Made by a program: the position numbers and the translations under genes
Shown: in pieces, positions 39,174 through 49,305 of the stretch
How positions within the stretch are numbered: position 1 is the first letter of the stretch
Layout of the letters: every line of letters starts with the position of its first letter
Source of the DNA: a virus
Taxonomy: Duplodnaviria; Caudoviricetes
Direction: 5' to 3' (one strand)
IMG/VR virus record: IMGVR_UViG_3300024255_001563
Location: 32,001 to 96,000 of that record
Length of the DNA stretch: 64,000 nucleotides
Notes under the pieces: generated by a model
Told to the model about the DNA's origin: nothing
The model's input: the letters and a program-made list of their open reading frames with translations, nothing else
Databases searched by the model: none

Positions 39174-42100
39174 TTATGCTCGATCTTCGTTAAAGAAGCT
39201 CTGTCTTAAAAACATTGTTTGTGCTAGCATGGATCCTTGTATTCCATACCCTTCTCCACCATTAAAGTGTACTGGAACAGGTATAAACAATTCACCTTCT
39301 ACTACATCTATTCTATTTGCTTCGCTACCTATTAACACAACACCTGCTTGTAAATTATTTGTAGCAATCTCTGAACCACCTTGACTTAGTCTATTAGAAA
39401 AGAATGTTGCTATAGCTCGTTGTGTTGGAATAACATTATTAGAATCTTCTGTAAAGTTTACATCTGTACTAAATTCTCTAACAACTGTTCCTGAACCGCC
39501 TAGTCTTACGCCGCCTAGTGCAAGTTCACTCAAGCCGTCTAAGTTAAAGAATTCAGCACTAATAGTAACAATACCAGTTGCTTGCTCAACAGCAAACAAT
39601 TCTCCGCCTCTAAAGTTACCGTTTTGGTCTGTAGATGTATAAAATACTCTTCCGCCATCTACTTCAAATACTTCGTATTCTGGTGCAGCAACAAAGAAGT
39701 TACCATCTCTATAAATTGCAGGGTAGTTTGTTTCCTGAAAATTTCCTGTACCGATATCAAGGAAATCATGTCCACTAATACGACATTGAGAATATTGTGT
39801 TCTTATTTCGCATGTAGTGCCAGTTTGTAAACCATCTTCAATTTGCAAACTCGGAGTGATTTGAAATCTTGCACGTTTTGTACCAGCATTTTGACCATCA
39901 TCTCCTAAGTCAGTTATTGTTGACACAGTATAGATTTTTAAATCGCCTTCTTCCTCTGTATCAAGATCTTCGATAGTAGTAAATCTAAGCTGTGCTCCTG
40001 GACCAGGAATTTCTGCCGGTACACCAATAAGTGTAACTAATGTTCCTTCTGGAACAATATCAGCAAATCCGTCTCCAGTAATAGTAACTCTTGTAGTAGA
40101 TGTTCTATATCCTGTACCTCTATTTCTAAAAGTTGGCTGACCTAATACTCCATCGCCTAGGCGTAAATTATACAAAACTTCACTTGTATATGTATTATCA
40201 AAGATAGTTAATGTTGGGTCGTTTTCACCTTCAACATATCCACTACCTGGATCCCATATTTCCATTGTAGAAAGCTGTGAACCATTTACTACTGCTCTAA
40301 ACTTAGCTTGTGCACCTGTTCTAACTTTGTGCCAACCTTGTATTGTAGAATTATTAGCTAATACTACCCACGTTGGTTTTCCACTTAGTGTATTATAAGT
40401 TAGTGCTGAATAATCTTTAACCCAGAACATATCTCTACCTTGCCAGTTATAGCCGTCACTACTTGTAGCTACCCAAGAAGTTGCACCTGTAGCAGGTGTT
40501 GCATCGGCGCCGATGATTTGTCCATCGGTATTTGAAAGAGCAAACCAACTTCCGTTTGCAAATTTTACCTTGTTCCACTTCATTGTTGTAGAACCATCTT
40601 CAAGTGGCATATCAGGACCTTGTGCCCAAGTTAAACCTAAATCTAAACTATAAACTGTTGCACCGTCTCTGTCAACTGCTACAAATCTATTCTTACCGTA
40701 TGTTAATCCTACCCAAGCAAATGCGCCTGCTGGAAGAGCTGTGTCAAGTCTTGTCCAGGTAATTGCATCCTCGGAATATGCAACTGCTCGATCATTCCCT
40801 GCAATTACAACAAATCTGCCTCCGCCGTGTGCAATATTAGTCCATTGACTGGCTGTAGAATCTCCTAATGTATCGTCTGGAATAGTTGCTTGTGTCCATG
40901 TTACGCCATCTGTACTAGATATTACTGTATTACTATCTTCGGCACATATAACAAATTTACCTTCTGCAAAAACAACATCACTCCATGCTTCATTAGCTGG
41001 TAGTTGTTCAAATGTCCAGTTAATACCGTCAGATGATACTCCTACTCTATCGTCATCGTCGGCAATCAAAACAAATTTGCCGTTGCCGTTTGCTAGAGTA
41101 TGCCAGTTTCTAACTCTGTTTATAAATGTTTCATTCCAGTCTTGTGCATCTGCACTATATACAATAAAGTTAGGTTGTGCAACAGCAACATATATTCCAG
41201 ATAGAGCTGTACCTGTAGTAACTATACCTTGTATACTATTTGTACTATCGTCTGAATTAGCTGTAACTCTTATTACACAATCGTTAGCCGGTGTTTGGCC
41301 ACCTAGATCACTACCGAGTATTGTAATTTCGTCTCCTATAGCATAACCTGATCCGGGATTAACAATAGTTACTTCGTAATGCTGGCCGCTGCGTAATACG
41401 TTTACAACTGCTCCGGTCGGAACAACTGATGCATCAATTTCTCCGGTACCAAAGCCTAATGTTATTCCAGCATAATTTTGACTAGTTTCACCGTGAATTA
41501 AATCTTTAAAAGTTCTTTCATTAGGTAAAGTGCCTGCTTCCTTTTCGAATCCTGGATCACTCACTACAATTCTTGGTTCAATTCTATATACACAGTTGTT
41601 AGAAAGAGCAGGTTCAATTGTTGTTCCTGGAACAATATGATCCCAGCCAGGTTCTCCAGTACTTTCTTTTCTTACTGTTGCAACTTTTGTGTTTGCTACA
41701 TAATCGTCAACAATAGCATATTGTCCAGTTCCGTCGCCACTTACAATAAGTATTCTCATACCGTTATATGTATCATCTTGATTGTTATCTGATTGAGCAA
41801 GTGTGATTTGTGTAGTGTTTCCTACTTGAGCATTGTTACCATAGACACTATAACCACTACCGCCTGCAAGTCCTGAACCTTCATTTAGCAGTCGAGATTG
41901 GAATATGCTTCCATCTGTAATTTGGTCAAATACTACATCAATGCCGCCGCCGGCGCCAACTACATCTGCTGTAGCTGTTGTATAATTTTGTCCACAATGT
42001 ACATATTCAAATAGGAACACTTCGTCTTGAAATTCACCTGCATATACATTATTAACTATTGCGTCATTATTAGTATTATCAACACTTGTGTTTATAGGTG

Positions 42101-44663
42101 TTTCATTTGGATCAATACCTATTGAAACTGAACCAAATACTCCATATGAGTTATTACCGTTGGTTGCACGTATAATACCGCCATCTTCTGCTAGATATCC
42201 GATAGCTGCGTAATAGGTAAACACTGAAACAAGTTCTGCTCTTGCACCATTAGTTACCCAGGCACCTATGCCATCACTAATGACCTGTGTAAAATCGTTT
42301 GAAACAAATGATCTATTACCGCCGTTGTGTAGATTGCCATCAACTTTTTGTCCGATAGCAAATGTACCAAGAGTAGTAACACCTTGTATATATGGCGATC
42401 TATTATTAATCCAAACTGATTGATCGTCTGGACCCCAACCTGGATCTAATGCACAATATGCTCCACCGGTAGGACGTTGGTATAATTCAAATACATTAGC
42501 TTCATCAGGCGATCCAACTATACCGTCAACTGTCAGTTGTCTTATCCCGGTTGTATCTCTTAAATAGAACATATCAGGACCATTTGTACTACCGTTATAT
42601 CTATTATAATAAACTTCAGCTGCTCTTAGTGTTCTATAATTACCTTCGTATTTTAGATCGTAAAGTACAGAATCTATTAAAACAAGTATATCTCTTTTAA
42701 CTTTGTCCATATCATATGAGGCTGCATTTGTTTGTCTATATGCAAGTAATTCTGCTTGTAGCCATGCCTTATTTTGTTCAATAATATTAATTGCTGCTTC
42801 TCTATCAACATCTAATGTAGGAGCATTACTACCCGTAATTGTCGGCGCTGAGACCCCTGTATCATTTATATAAAATTCTAAATAATCTACAAAGTTAGTC
42901 AATAGTGCAACTGCTGCGGTTGCAACTTCTGATGTTGATGGAGCAAAATCAGTCGATAGTACTAGATCATTTCCGACAGTATTTTCAATTTCTACCAGCG
43001 TCAAAAAGTCTTCCATAATTTCTGACCAACGAGTTATATATCCATCTTTAGCAATAGGAAAATCATCAGCATAATCGCTATCAGGACCAGCTGCTTGAAT
43101 CGTAGTACTTCGTAGTTCGTCTCCCATAATTGTACAACCAGCAGGAACTGTGATAGGTAAAGTTTCATAATACCTTCCAGTACTAACTCTAATTTTTACC
43201 GGTGTAAGCGCATCATAATTACTTAATACAAATTCAGATGCATATTGTATTGTTTTAAATGGTTTTTCAGATTCTAGACCGTATCCAGTTTGATCTTTTC
43301 CGTGCATTGATACATAAACTACATCCGAATCTGAAATCCAATCTCTATAATATAATTCAATATCAGAGTCTACACTTAAAAATTCTTCGTAATTGCCGAT
43401 TGGCACATTAGTAGGTCCTTTTGTAGAACCGTCTCCAACGTTTCCTCTACTTAGACCATATGTAAGTAGATCACCTTCATCTTCTAATCCTGCATCTAAA
43501 CCAGCTTGAATAAATAATTCCCAGTATTCAAATCCGCTGCCGTTGTCACCTGGAAAATTATTATCTGCACTTATATGTTGTTCTACACAATTCCATGTAC
43601 TACCTTTATAAATTACAAGATCGTTTGGATAATATTGGTTTGCAATATTCCAAACATTATTCCATTTTACACTAGGGATTAATTTTTCCCATATACTCGG
43701 ATCTAAGAAATCGTTAGTCGATCCGTCAAGTTCTTCAACTTCTGAAACTGCAATGTAAACATCTCCACCACGTTGAATAACATCACCTGGTTTATAGTTA
43801 GCATTAATACTATAATCGCCTTTAAAGTTATATGAATATGAAAGTAATACCCAAACCGACGATCCTTTATCTTTAAATGGTTTTTGATTTGTATTATTTT
43901 GTATAGCATAATATGCATTACCGCTATAAATTACAACATCACCTATTTGATAATATGTAGCAGAATTCCATTCTCCGTCAAAATCAAAACCTGGTAACTC
44001 TACTACAAATTTTGTAATATCTATGTCATTTAACCCTGCTGTATGAGATTCAGTACAACGGTATAAAGTGCCACCGCTTCTTACAAGGTCGTTTTTTCTA
44101 TAACTTACGCCGCCAACAAATTCGCCTGCATAAGTTGTATTATCTAAAAATACTTCCCAGGCAGCAGCATTATCTTCTAACAACGTACCAGCAGCGTGTG
44201 CAGTTACACATTTATATGTAATACCATTATATCTTACTAGTGCGCCTGGAACATAATCTGCAGAACTGTCCCATGTACCAACATATGCTTGATGAGATCC
44301 TACAGACGTCCAGTTTTCTGATTGAGAACTGAATGCAGTAGCAGTATGATTTGTTGTACACTCCCAAAGTGTACCTTGATAAAATATAACATCGCCTAAG
44401 TCGTACGATGTTGCTTGCGACCACGGCCCAACGAATGAGCGGCCGCTTGTCATAACTCTCCATCGCGGATCTGCTAATGGTGGAGATGATTCTGGTACAA
44501 TGTAATCTAAATCTTCTCTAAAATCTGTAGACGCAGTATGTCCTACAAGACAAACATAAGATCTACCTTTTACTCGTATAATATCGTCTCTACTATATAC
44601 CGTGCCAGTGACCCAGTCACCTCGCCATACATACTTAAATCGTTCTAACTTAAACTCTGCCAT
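39174..44663 (-). CDS. Giant tail fibre/baseplate protein (1829 aa), paralogue of 32099-39124
   Basis: Same MAEFKL start, 7 CBM-like repeats, SPYIQG, SNDFTQVISDGIG, YSQCRISGHDFLDIGTGNF. Confidence 0.8.
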   Translation of the reverse strand: MAEFKLERFKYVWRGDWVTGTVYSRDDIIRVKGRSYVCLVGHTASTDFREDLDYIVPESSPPLADPRWRVMTSGRSFVGPWSQATSYDLGDVIFYQGTLWECTTNHTATAFSSQSENWTSVGSHQAYVGTWDSSADYVPGALVRYNGITYKCVTAHAAGTLLEDNAAAWEVFLDNTTYAGEFVGGVSYRKNDLVRSGGTLYRCTESHTAGLNDIDITKFVVELPGFDFDGEWNSATYYQIGDVVIYSGNAYYAIQNNTNQKPFKDKGSSVWVLLSYSYNFKGDYSINANYKPGDVIQRGGDVYIAVSEVEELDGSTNDFLDPSIWEKLIPSVKWNNVWNIANQYYPNDLVIYKGSTWNCVEQHISADNNFPGDNGSGFEYWELFIQAGLDAGLEDEGDLLTYGLSRGNVGDGSTKGPTNVPIGNYEEFLSVDSDIELYYRDWISDSDVVYVSMHGKDQTGYGLESEKPFKTIQYASEFVLSNYDALTPVKIRVSTGRYYETLPITVPAGCTIMGDELRSTTIQAAGPDSDYADDFPIAKDGYITRWSEIMEDFLTLVEIENTVGNDLVLSTDFAPSTSEVATAAVALLTNFVDYLEFYINDTGVSAPTITGSNAPTLDVDREAAINIIEQNKAWLQAELLAYRQTNAASYDMDKVKRDILVLIDSVLYDLKYEGNYRTLRAAEVYYNRYNGSTNGPDMFYLRDTTGIRQLTVDGIVGSPDEANVFELYQRPTGGAYCALDPGWGPDDQSVWINNRSPYIQGVTTLGTFAIGQKVDGNLHNGGNRSFVSNDFTQVISDGIGAWVTNGARAELVSVFTYYAAIGYLAEDGGIIRATNGNNSYGVFGSVSIGIDPNETPINTSVDNTNNDAIVNNVYAGEFQDEVFLFEYVHCGQNYTTATADVVGAGGGIDVVFDQITDGSIFQSRLLNEGSGLAGGSGYSVYGNNAQVGNTTQITLAQSDNNQDDTYNGMRILIVSGDGTGQYAIVDDYVANTKVATVRKESTGEPGWDHIVPGTTIEPALSNNCVYRIEPRIVVSDPGFEKEAGTLPNERTFKDLIHGETSQNYAGITLGFGTGEIDASVVPTGAVVNVLRSGQHYEVTIVNPGSGYAIGDEITILGSDLGGQTPANDCVIRVTANSDDSTNSIQGIVTTGTALSGIYVAVAQPNFIVYSADAQDWNETFINRVRNWHTLANGNGKFVLIADDDDRVGVSSDGINWTFEQLPANEAWSDVVFAEGKFVICAEDSNTVISSTDGVTWTQATIPDDTLGDSTASQWTNIAHGGGRFVVIAGNDRAVAYSEDAITWTRLDTALPAGAFAWVGLTYGKNRFVAVDRDGATVYSLDLGLTWAQGPDMPLEDGSTTMKWNKVKFANGSWFALSNTDGQIIGADATPATGATSWVATSSDGYNWQGRDMFWVKDYSALTYNTLSGKPTWVVLANNSTIQGWHKVRTGAQAKFRAVVNGSQLSTMEIWDPGSGYVEGENDPTLTIFDNTYTSEVLYNLRLGDGVLGQPTFRNRGTGYRTSTTRVTITGDGFADIVPEGTLVTLIGVPAEIPGPGAQLRFTTIEDLDTEEEGDLKIYTVSTITDLGDDGQNAGTKRARFQITPSLQIEDGLQTGTTCEIRTQYSQCRISGHDFLDIGTGNFQETNYPAIYRDGNFFVAAPEYEVFEVDGGRVFYTSTDQNGNFRGGELFAVEQATGIVTISAEFFNLDGLSELALGGVRLGGSGTVVREFSTDVNFTEDSNNVIPTQRAIATFFSNRLSQGGSEIATNNLQAGVVLIGSEANRIDVVEGELFIPVPVHFNGGEGYGIQGSMLAQTMFLRQSFFNEDRA

Positions 44664-44674
44664 TTATCTTTTCC

Positions 44675-45109
44675 TTAGTACTCTGCACCGCCGGACAACT
44701 GTCCTACTACTACGCCGTCTAAACCTTCTCCGTATCCCGGACTAGATATTCCTTCTGGAAAATCATAACCTTCCGAAACTCTTAATACAAATTCGCCTGT
44801 ATCTGGGTCAATAAAATAGGTTAAACTTCTACCTTCCCATTTAAGTTGTGGATATCGAAGATTGTCATAAACAATATTATGTTCTTCATCAATCCCGTCT
44901 AAAAAATCAATTCCTTCTTCAAAATCTGGAAAGTTTTCACCTTCTACGCCGATATCGTTAATAACAACACTATTGCCTTCAGCAACTGATAATTGATCCG
45001 ATCTGATTAAGTATAGTTCACCATCGATATTTCTTCTTAGACCATAGAGGTATCTTTTAATAATACCTGCTAAAACGTCTTGTGGTGTATTACCTACATA
45101 ATGTGTCAT
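44675..45109 (-). CDS. Hypothetical structural-module protein
   Basis: 144-aa ORF in the fibre operon with SD. Confidence 0.6.
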   Translation of the reverse strand: MTHYVGNTPQDVLAGIIKRYLYGLRRNIDGELYLIRSDQLSVAEGNSVVINDIGVEGENFPDFEEGIDFLDGIDEEHNIVYDNLRYPQLKWEGRSLTYFIDPDTGEFVLRVSEGYDFPEGISSPGYGEGLDGVVVGQLSGGAEY

Positions 45110-45119
45110 TATATTTTCC

Positions 45120-45449
45120 TTACGTTATTTCAACGTAACTTACAATTACGTCTACTGCGTCATTTAAATTTGCACTAACAAGCAATTTATTTTCAGGAGC
45201 AATAATTAATTTTTCGCCCTGTTGTACTGCTCTTAAACTTGTGTTAGCTGGCAAAAGTGTATCTTTTAAATAAAATCCTGTATTACTTGTATCATCTTCA
45301 ACATATACGCTAATATATACAAAGTCAGTTGTTAAGTTTGTACAACTTAACCCGATAATTGTAAATCTACTTGTAGGTTCTGTTGCCACAATTTCTACTG
45401 GCTTTGATCCTACATTTTTGACTACTTTATTTCTAAAAAACGTTGCCAT
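45120..45449 (-). CDS. Small beta-sandwich structural protein (paralogue 2)
   Basis: 109 aa; IGLSCTN...EKLIIAPENKL...VIVSYVEIT. Confidence 0.65.
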   Translation of the reverse strand: MATFFRNKVVKNVGSKPVEIVATEPTSRFTIIGLSCTNLTTDFVYISVYVEDDTSNTGFYLKDTLLPANTSLRAVQQGEKLIIAPENKLLVSANLNDAVDVIVSYVEIT

Positions 45450-45460
45450 TTATTTCATCC

Positions 45461-48400
45461 TTATCCGAATATTACTGCCATTGTAATAGCAATATCTTCT
45501 GCATCAATTCTCGATATCGAACCAGTTTGCCCTGCAACAGATCCCCAAACTGATCCGTCATAAGCTTCAACTCTTCCGTCGGCTGTATTAAATCGAAGCA
45601 TACCTACTTCTGTGTATGCAGGATTTGGTCTATCTAAACTTGTACCTACCGGAAGTACAAATCCGTTTGATCCTGCTATTTTAACATAACCATTATTAGT
45701 ATTTACAAAAGTTGTAACACCGTCTTCTACAACGTTTGTAATTGTATTACTAGAAAATGCAAAATCTTCTAATACTACGCTACCTGTTCCTTGTGCAGAA
45801 AACTGTAAATCAACATCTGTATTAATTGTTGTAATAACATTAGTATCGATTTCTATATCATCAACAGTTACTCTGTTAACATCTAATTTTACACTATCAA
45901 GTGTTCCTATAACAGTATCTTCTACTATAAATCTGATAATATTATCATTTGCACCTTGTGTTGCTTCAGCAGTAATTCTTGTGTCACCGTCAACATCTTG
46001 TAAGCCATTTAGTTTAATCCAGTCACTACCGTCGTAACCTTCAAATCTTGTTAACTCAGAATTATATCTAATAATACCTGCTTCGGCTGTAGGTCTGCTT
46101 GCTATATCACCTGTTGGTAATTTTAACGAACCTGTTGAATTTATTTTAGTATATTCACTGCCAGGTTGTATAATTATATCACTAGCTGTGGAACTAATAG
46201 TATAAGAATCAATATTAAAATTATCGATAGTTATAAACCCTGCGCCGTTAGCTCTAAGCTCTAAATTTGCATCTGATGTAGTTGTTCTAATGTAGTTATC
46301 TGTAATTAAGATATCATCTACGTATGCACTTTCAACGTATAGATTCTTCCATATTTTATTAGCAAGACCTAAATTAAATGTACTAGTAACTGATGGTTTT
46401 ATATCTGAAGCAATTCCTGCAACTATTTGTATATTATCTGTAACTTCGTCGCCGATTACAATATTACCACCAATTGTAACGTTTCCGGTAACATCTAAGT
46501 CGCCGCTAATATTAACATTATTATTAAGATTAATTTGATCTGATGCTGCTGTAAAATTAACATCTCCTGATAAGCTTTCAAGAGTATTTCCGCTAATTCT
46601 TAAATTTCCAGTATCAATTTTATCAGCTAATATTGATGTAGTATTCACACCATCTGTAAATGTAAGACCTGTATCAGTATCAACATTAAAGTTTGCTGCA
46701 CTAAAAGTAACTTGTCCTGTGTCTTGATTTACGTAAAATAAATCACCAACTCTAAAGTCACCTCTATGGTCTACAGAATTATATCTCATTTTTGCATTAT
46801 TGAGTGCAACTACTTCATTTGCTTGAATTACTGTAGTAGGATCATTTGTAACTTCTTTACCGTTACCGATGTATGCTAAATTTTGTCCGATAGCATAAAC
46901 AATTACTCCAGGACCATTACCGTATAATCCGTAATTACCATATACACAAGCACTTCCTATCATACGTACTTCTGCGCCGAAATCGCTATAATCAGCTAAA
47001 GTAAATTGTGTTGCTACTGCGCCGCCACTAAATCTAATATCTTGCTGTTGAATAGTTTCGTCTGTGAACACAGTTGAACTGTCTTCACCGTTAAATCTCA
47101 TTAACAGTACAGTATCTTCTGTTGAATAAAGATTAACAATCGGTGCTGTAAAGTTACTTGTATATTGTGCTACACCTTTTTGGATTCTAAAATCATCAAA
47201 GTGAGCATTTGCCGATTCGGTACCATCATGTTTTGCACCTATAGTTAAAGGTTTTGCAACACCGTAATTATTGTTATCAGTATATGTTGACCCTACTTGT
47301 GTACCGTCTACAAAAAGTTTTGTATCTGTACCTGATCTAGTAATTGCAATATGATGCCACGTACTTGCTGTTAGAGCACTTGTTCCTAAAATTTTAACTG
47401 CACTATCTGTATAGTAAACTATATCACCTGTATTTGTTGTATATACATAGGGAGTAATATCTGCATCGATGCCTGCTCTAAAGTCAAACAATGTTTCATT
47501 AGTTGCTGGCAATGCACCATTTGAGTAATACCATGTTTCTATTGTAAAATCGTCTGTCCCAAATCCAAAATCATTTTGTGCTACAATAGTTAAGTAATCA
47601 CCTGATCCGCCTAAGTCTAAACTTGCACTACCGAATTTTTTAATATCTTGATCTATACTTGCTGCGCCGTTACCTGCAACAGTTTTGCCTATTCTAGAAG
47701 TAGGCGTTTCAAATCCTTCAGACTTTCCAGATATATAAATTTTACCATCTGCATCTACACTCGAAATTGTTCCGGTTGCTAGTACAGTTACACCGTCTGT
47801 ATCATAATATGTAATAGTTTCTGATGCAGAATACGATCCAGTAAGGTCTGATACTCTAAGTGCTGTTTCGCCAGCACTTTTCTTACCTAGTGTGCCGTCT
47901 ATTGCATATATGCCTTTATCTGCAAAATATGTAAAACAATTTAACCATTCTACTCTTACACCATTTGTTAGTGTTATTGCATCAACTCCGGGTGTGATAA
48001 AAGTTGCACTATGAAAAAGACAACCAGCTTCTTTTGAACTAGCATCCATTACACTACCATCTAGTAAAGCGCCTTTACCTGCATCACCCTGATTAAATCC
48101 TCTTGGATCTTCTGCTGTTGTTACACTACCAGTTGTAATTACACTAACATTTCTTATGTAAGGTGATCTAGTTGTAACAGTTGCAGCAGATGCAAATTTA
48201 AATGCATATCCTGGACTATAGAAATTACTTATAGTTAAGTCTTCAATTGTAACTTCACCGGTTAATAAAAATCCATCGTTATTTTGTGTAGCAACTGTAG
48301 GTATAATTCTTACAGAACGCATACTGTGACCTTTTACAGTTACCCCTGCAGGAACAGTTAACGGAAATATCTCAGTATATGTTCCTGGCGTAATATGAAT

Positions 48401-49186
48401 TGTATCGCCAGATGATGCTACACTAAGAGCTTGCGTTAAACTAGCATACGGATCTTGCGGATGTGTTCCTGAGTGTATGTCGTCTCCATTTTCAGAAACA
48501 TAATAAATATTTCCTTGGCGTAAAATAAGATCAATTCCGTCTGCTTCAATAGCAGTACTGTTTACTTCTTCTGCGTAGAAATTTTGTACGTAAATGTCGT
48601 TCCATCTTTTACCGCCAGAATCAGGATCACTACCTAATGTATATGTATCAGTTTGTGAAGGAATAATATTACTACTAAGTTCTGAATTAAATTCGATATA
48701 ATCTGTATCAGCATCGCCAATTGTAATAACACCGTCTGCTGTAATATTACCTGTAGCATAAATGTCGCCCTGTACATTCATGTCGCTATGTATTTCAACT
48801 CGTCCTGTACCCTGTGGGGCAAGTTCTAAATTAGCATTAGTAGTATTTGTTCTAATTCGATTACCTTCGATATCAATACTATCAATTGTTAATCTATTTT
48901 GATAAACTACGTTATCTAATGTGCCTAAGGCAAGTGTACTTGTAGCACTTGATATCGTGTTACCTTGTATTCTAACATCGCCTATTTCTGCTAAAGTAGT
49001 TACTTCTAGTGTAGGTGTTCTCGAAACACCGTTTACATCTAAATCGTACTGAGGTGTAGCGTTGTTAATACCGATGCGCTGGTTATTAACATCTAAATAT
49101 AGAAGATCCGTCTCAAAAGCTAGATTTACTCCCTCACGAAGTAAGTTTTGCTTTAAGAGCGGACCACTTATGCGACCTACAGCCAT
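45461..49186 (-). CDS. Large tail fibre/baseplate protein (1241 aa) with beta-helix and inserted LamG/concanavalin-A-like domain
   Basis: YVSENGDD, TRSPYIRNVSV, LFHSATFITPG; LamG motif FTIETW...WHHIAITRSG...LFVDG...IGA...FDDFRI. Confidence 0.8.
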   Translation of the reverse strand: MAVGRISGPLLKQNLLREGVNLAFETDLLYLDVNNQRIGINNATPQYDLDVNGVSRTPTLEVTTLAEIGDVRIQGNTISSATSTLALGTLDNVVYQNRLTIDSIDIEGNRIRTNTTNANLELAPQGTGRVEIHSDMNVQGDIYATGNITADGVITIGDADTDYIEFNSELSSNIIPSQTDTYTLGSDPDSGGKRWNDIYVQNFYAEEVNSTAIEADGIDLILRQGNIYYVSENGDDIHSGTHPQDPYASLTQALSVASSGDTIHITPGTYTEIFPLTVPAGVTVKGHSMRSVRIIPTVATQNNDGFLLTGEVTIEDLTISNFYSPGYAFKFASAATVTTRSPYIRNVSVITTGSVTTAEDPRGFNQGDAGKGALLDGSVMDASSKEAGCLFHSATFITPGVDAITLTNGVRVEWLNCFTYFADKGIYAIDGTLGKKSAGETALRVSDLTGSYSASETITYYDTDGVTVLATGTISSVDADGKIYISGKSEGFETPTSRIGKTVAGNGAASIDQDIKKFGSASLDLGGSGDYLTIVAQNDFGFGTDDFTIETWYYSNGALPATNETLFDFRAGIDADITPYVYTTNTGDIVYYTDSAVKILGTSALTASTWHHIAITRSGTDTKLFVDGTQVGSTYTDNNNYGVAKPLTIGAKHDGTESANAHFDDFRIQKGVAQYTSNFTAPIVNLYSTEDTVLLMRFNGEDSSTVFTDETIQQQDIRFSGGAVATQFTLADYSDFGAEVRMIGSACVYGNYGLYGNGPGVIVYAIGQNLAYIGNGKEVTNDPTTVIQANEVVALNNAKMRYNSVDHRGDFRVGDLFYVNQDTGQVTFSAANFNVDTDTGLTFTDGVNTTSILADKIDTGNLRISGNTLESLSGDVNFTAASDQINLNNNVNISGDLDVTGNVTIGGNIVIGDEVTDNIQIVAGIASDIKPSVTSTFNLGLANKIWKNLYVESAYVDDILITDNYIRTTTSDANLELRANGAGFITIDNFNIDSYTISSTASDIIIQPGSEYTKINSTGSLKLPTGDIASRPTAEAGIIRYNSELTRFEGYDGSDWIKLNGLQDVDGDTRITAEATQGANDNIIRFIVEDTVIGTLDSVKLDVNRVTVDDIEIDTNVITTINTDVDLQFSAQGTGSVVLEDFAFSSNTITNVVEDGVTTFVNTNNGYVKIAGSNGFVLPVGTSLDRPNPAYTEVGMLRFNTADGRVEAYDGSVWGSVAGQTGSISRIDAEDIAITMAVIFG

Positions 49187-49292
49187 CTCTTTTCCTCAAT
49201 ACGGGGATCCTGTCCCTCCAACCACCTTACATTGCGGGTTGACCACAGTTTGTACCTGCAATACTTGGTCTATAGTGCATTAATATTATTTA
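49187..49292 (-). promoter_or_regulatory. Late promoter plus a ~95-nt GC-rich structured 5' leader
   Basis: TAAATA 49287-49292; stems GACCA/TGGTC, CAACC/GGTTG, GGGA/TCCC. Confidence 0.5.
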
Positions 49293-49305
49293 TCGTTTTT
49301 TACAA

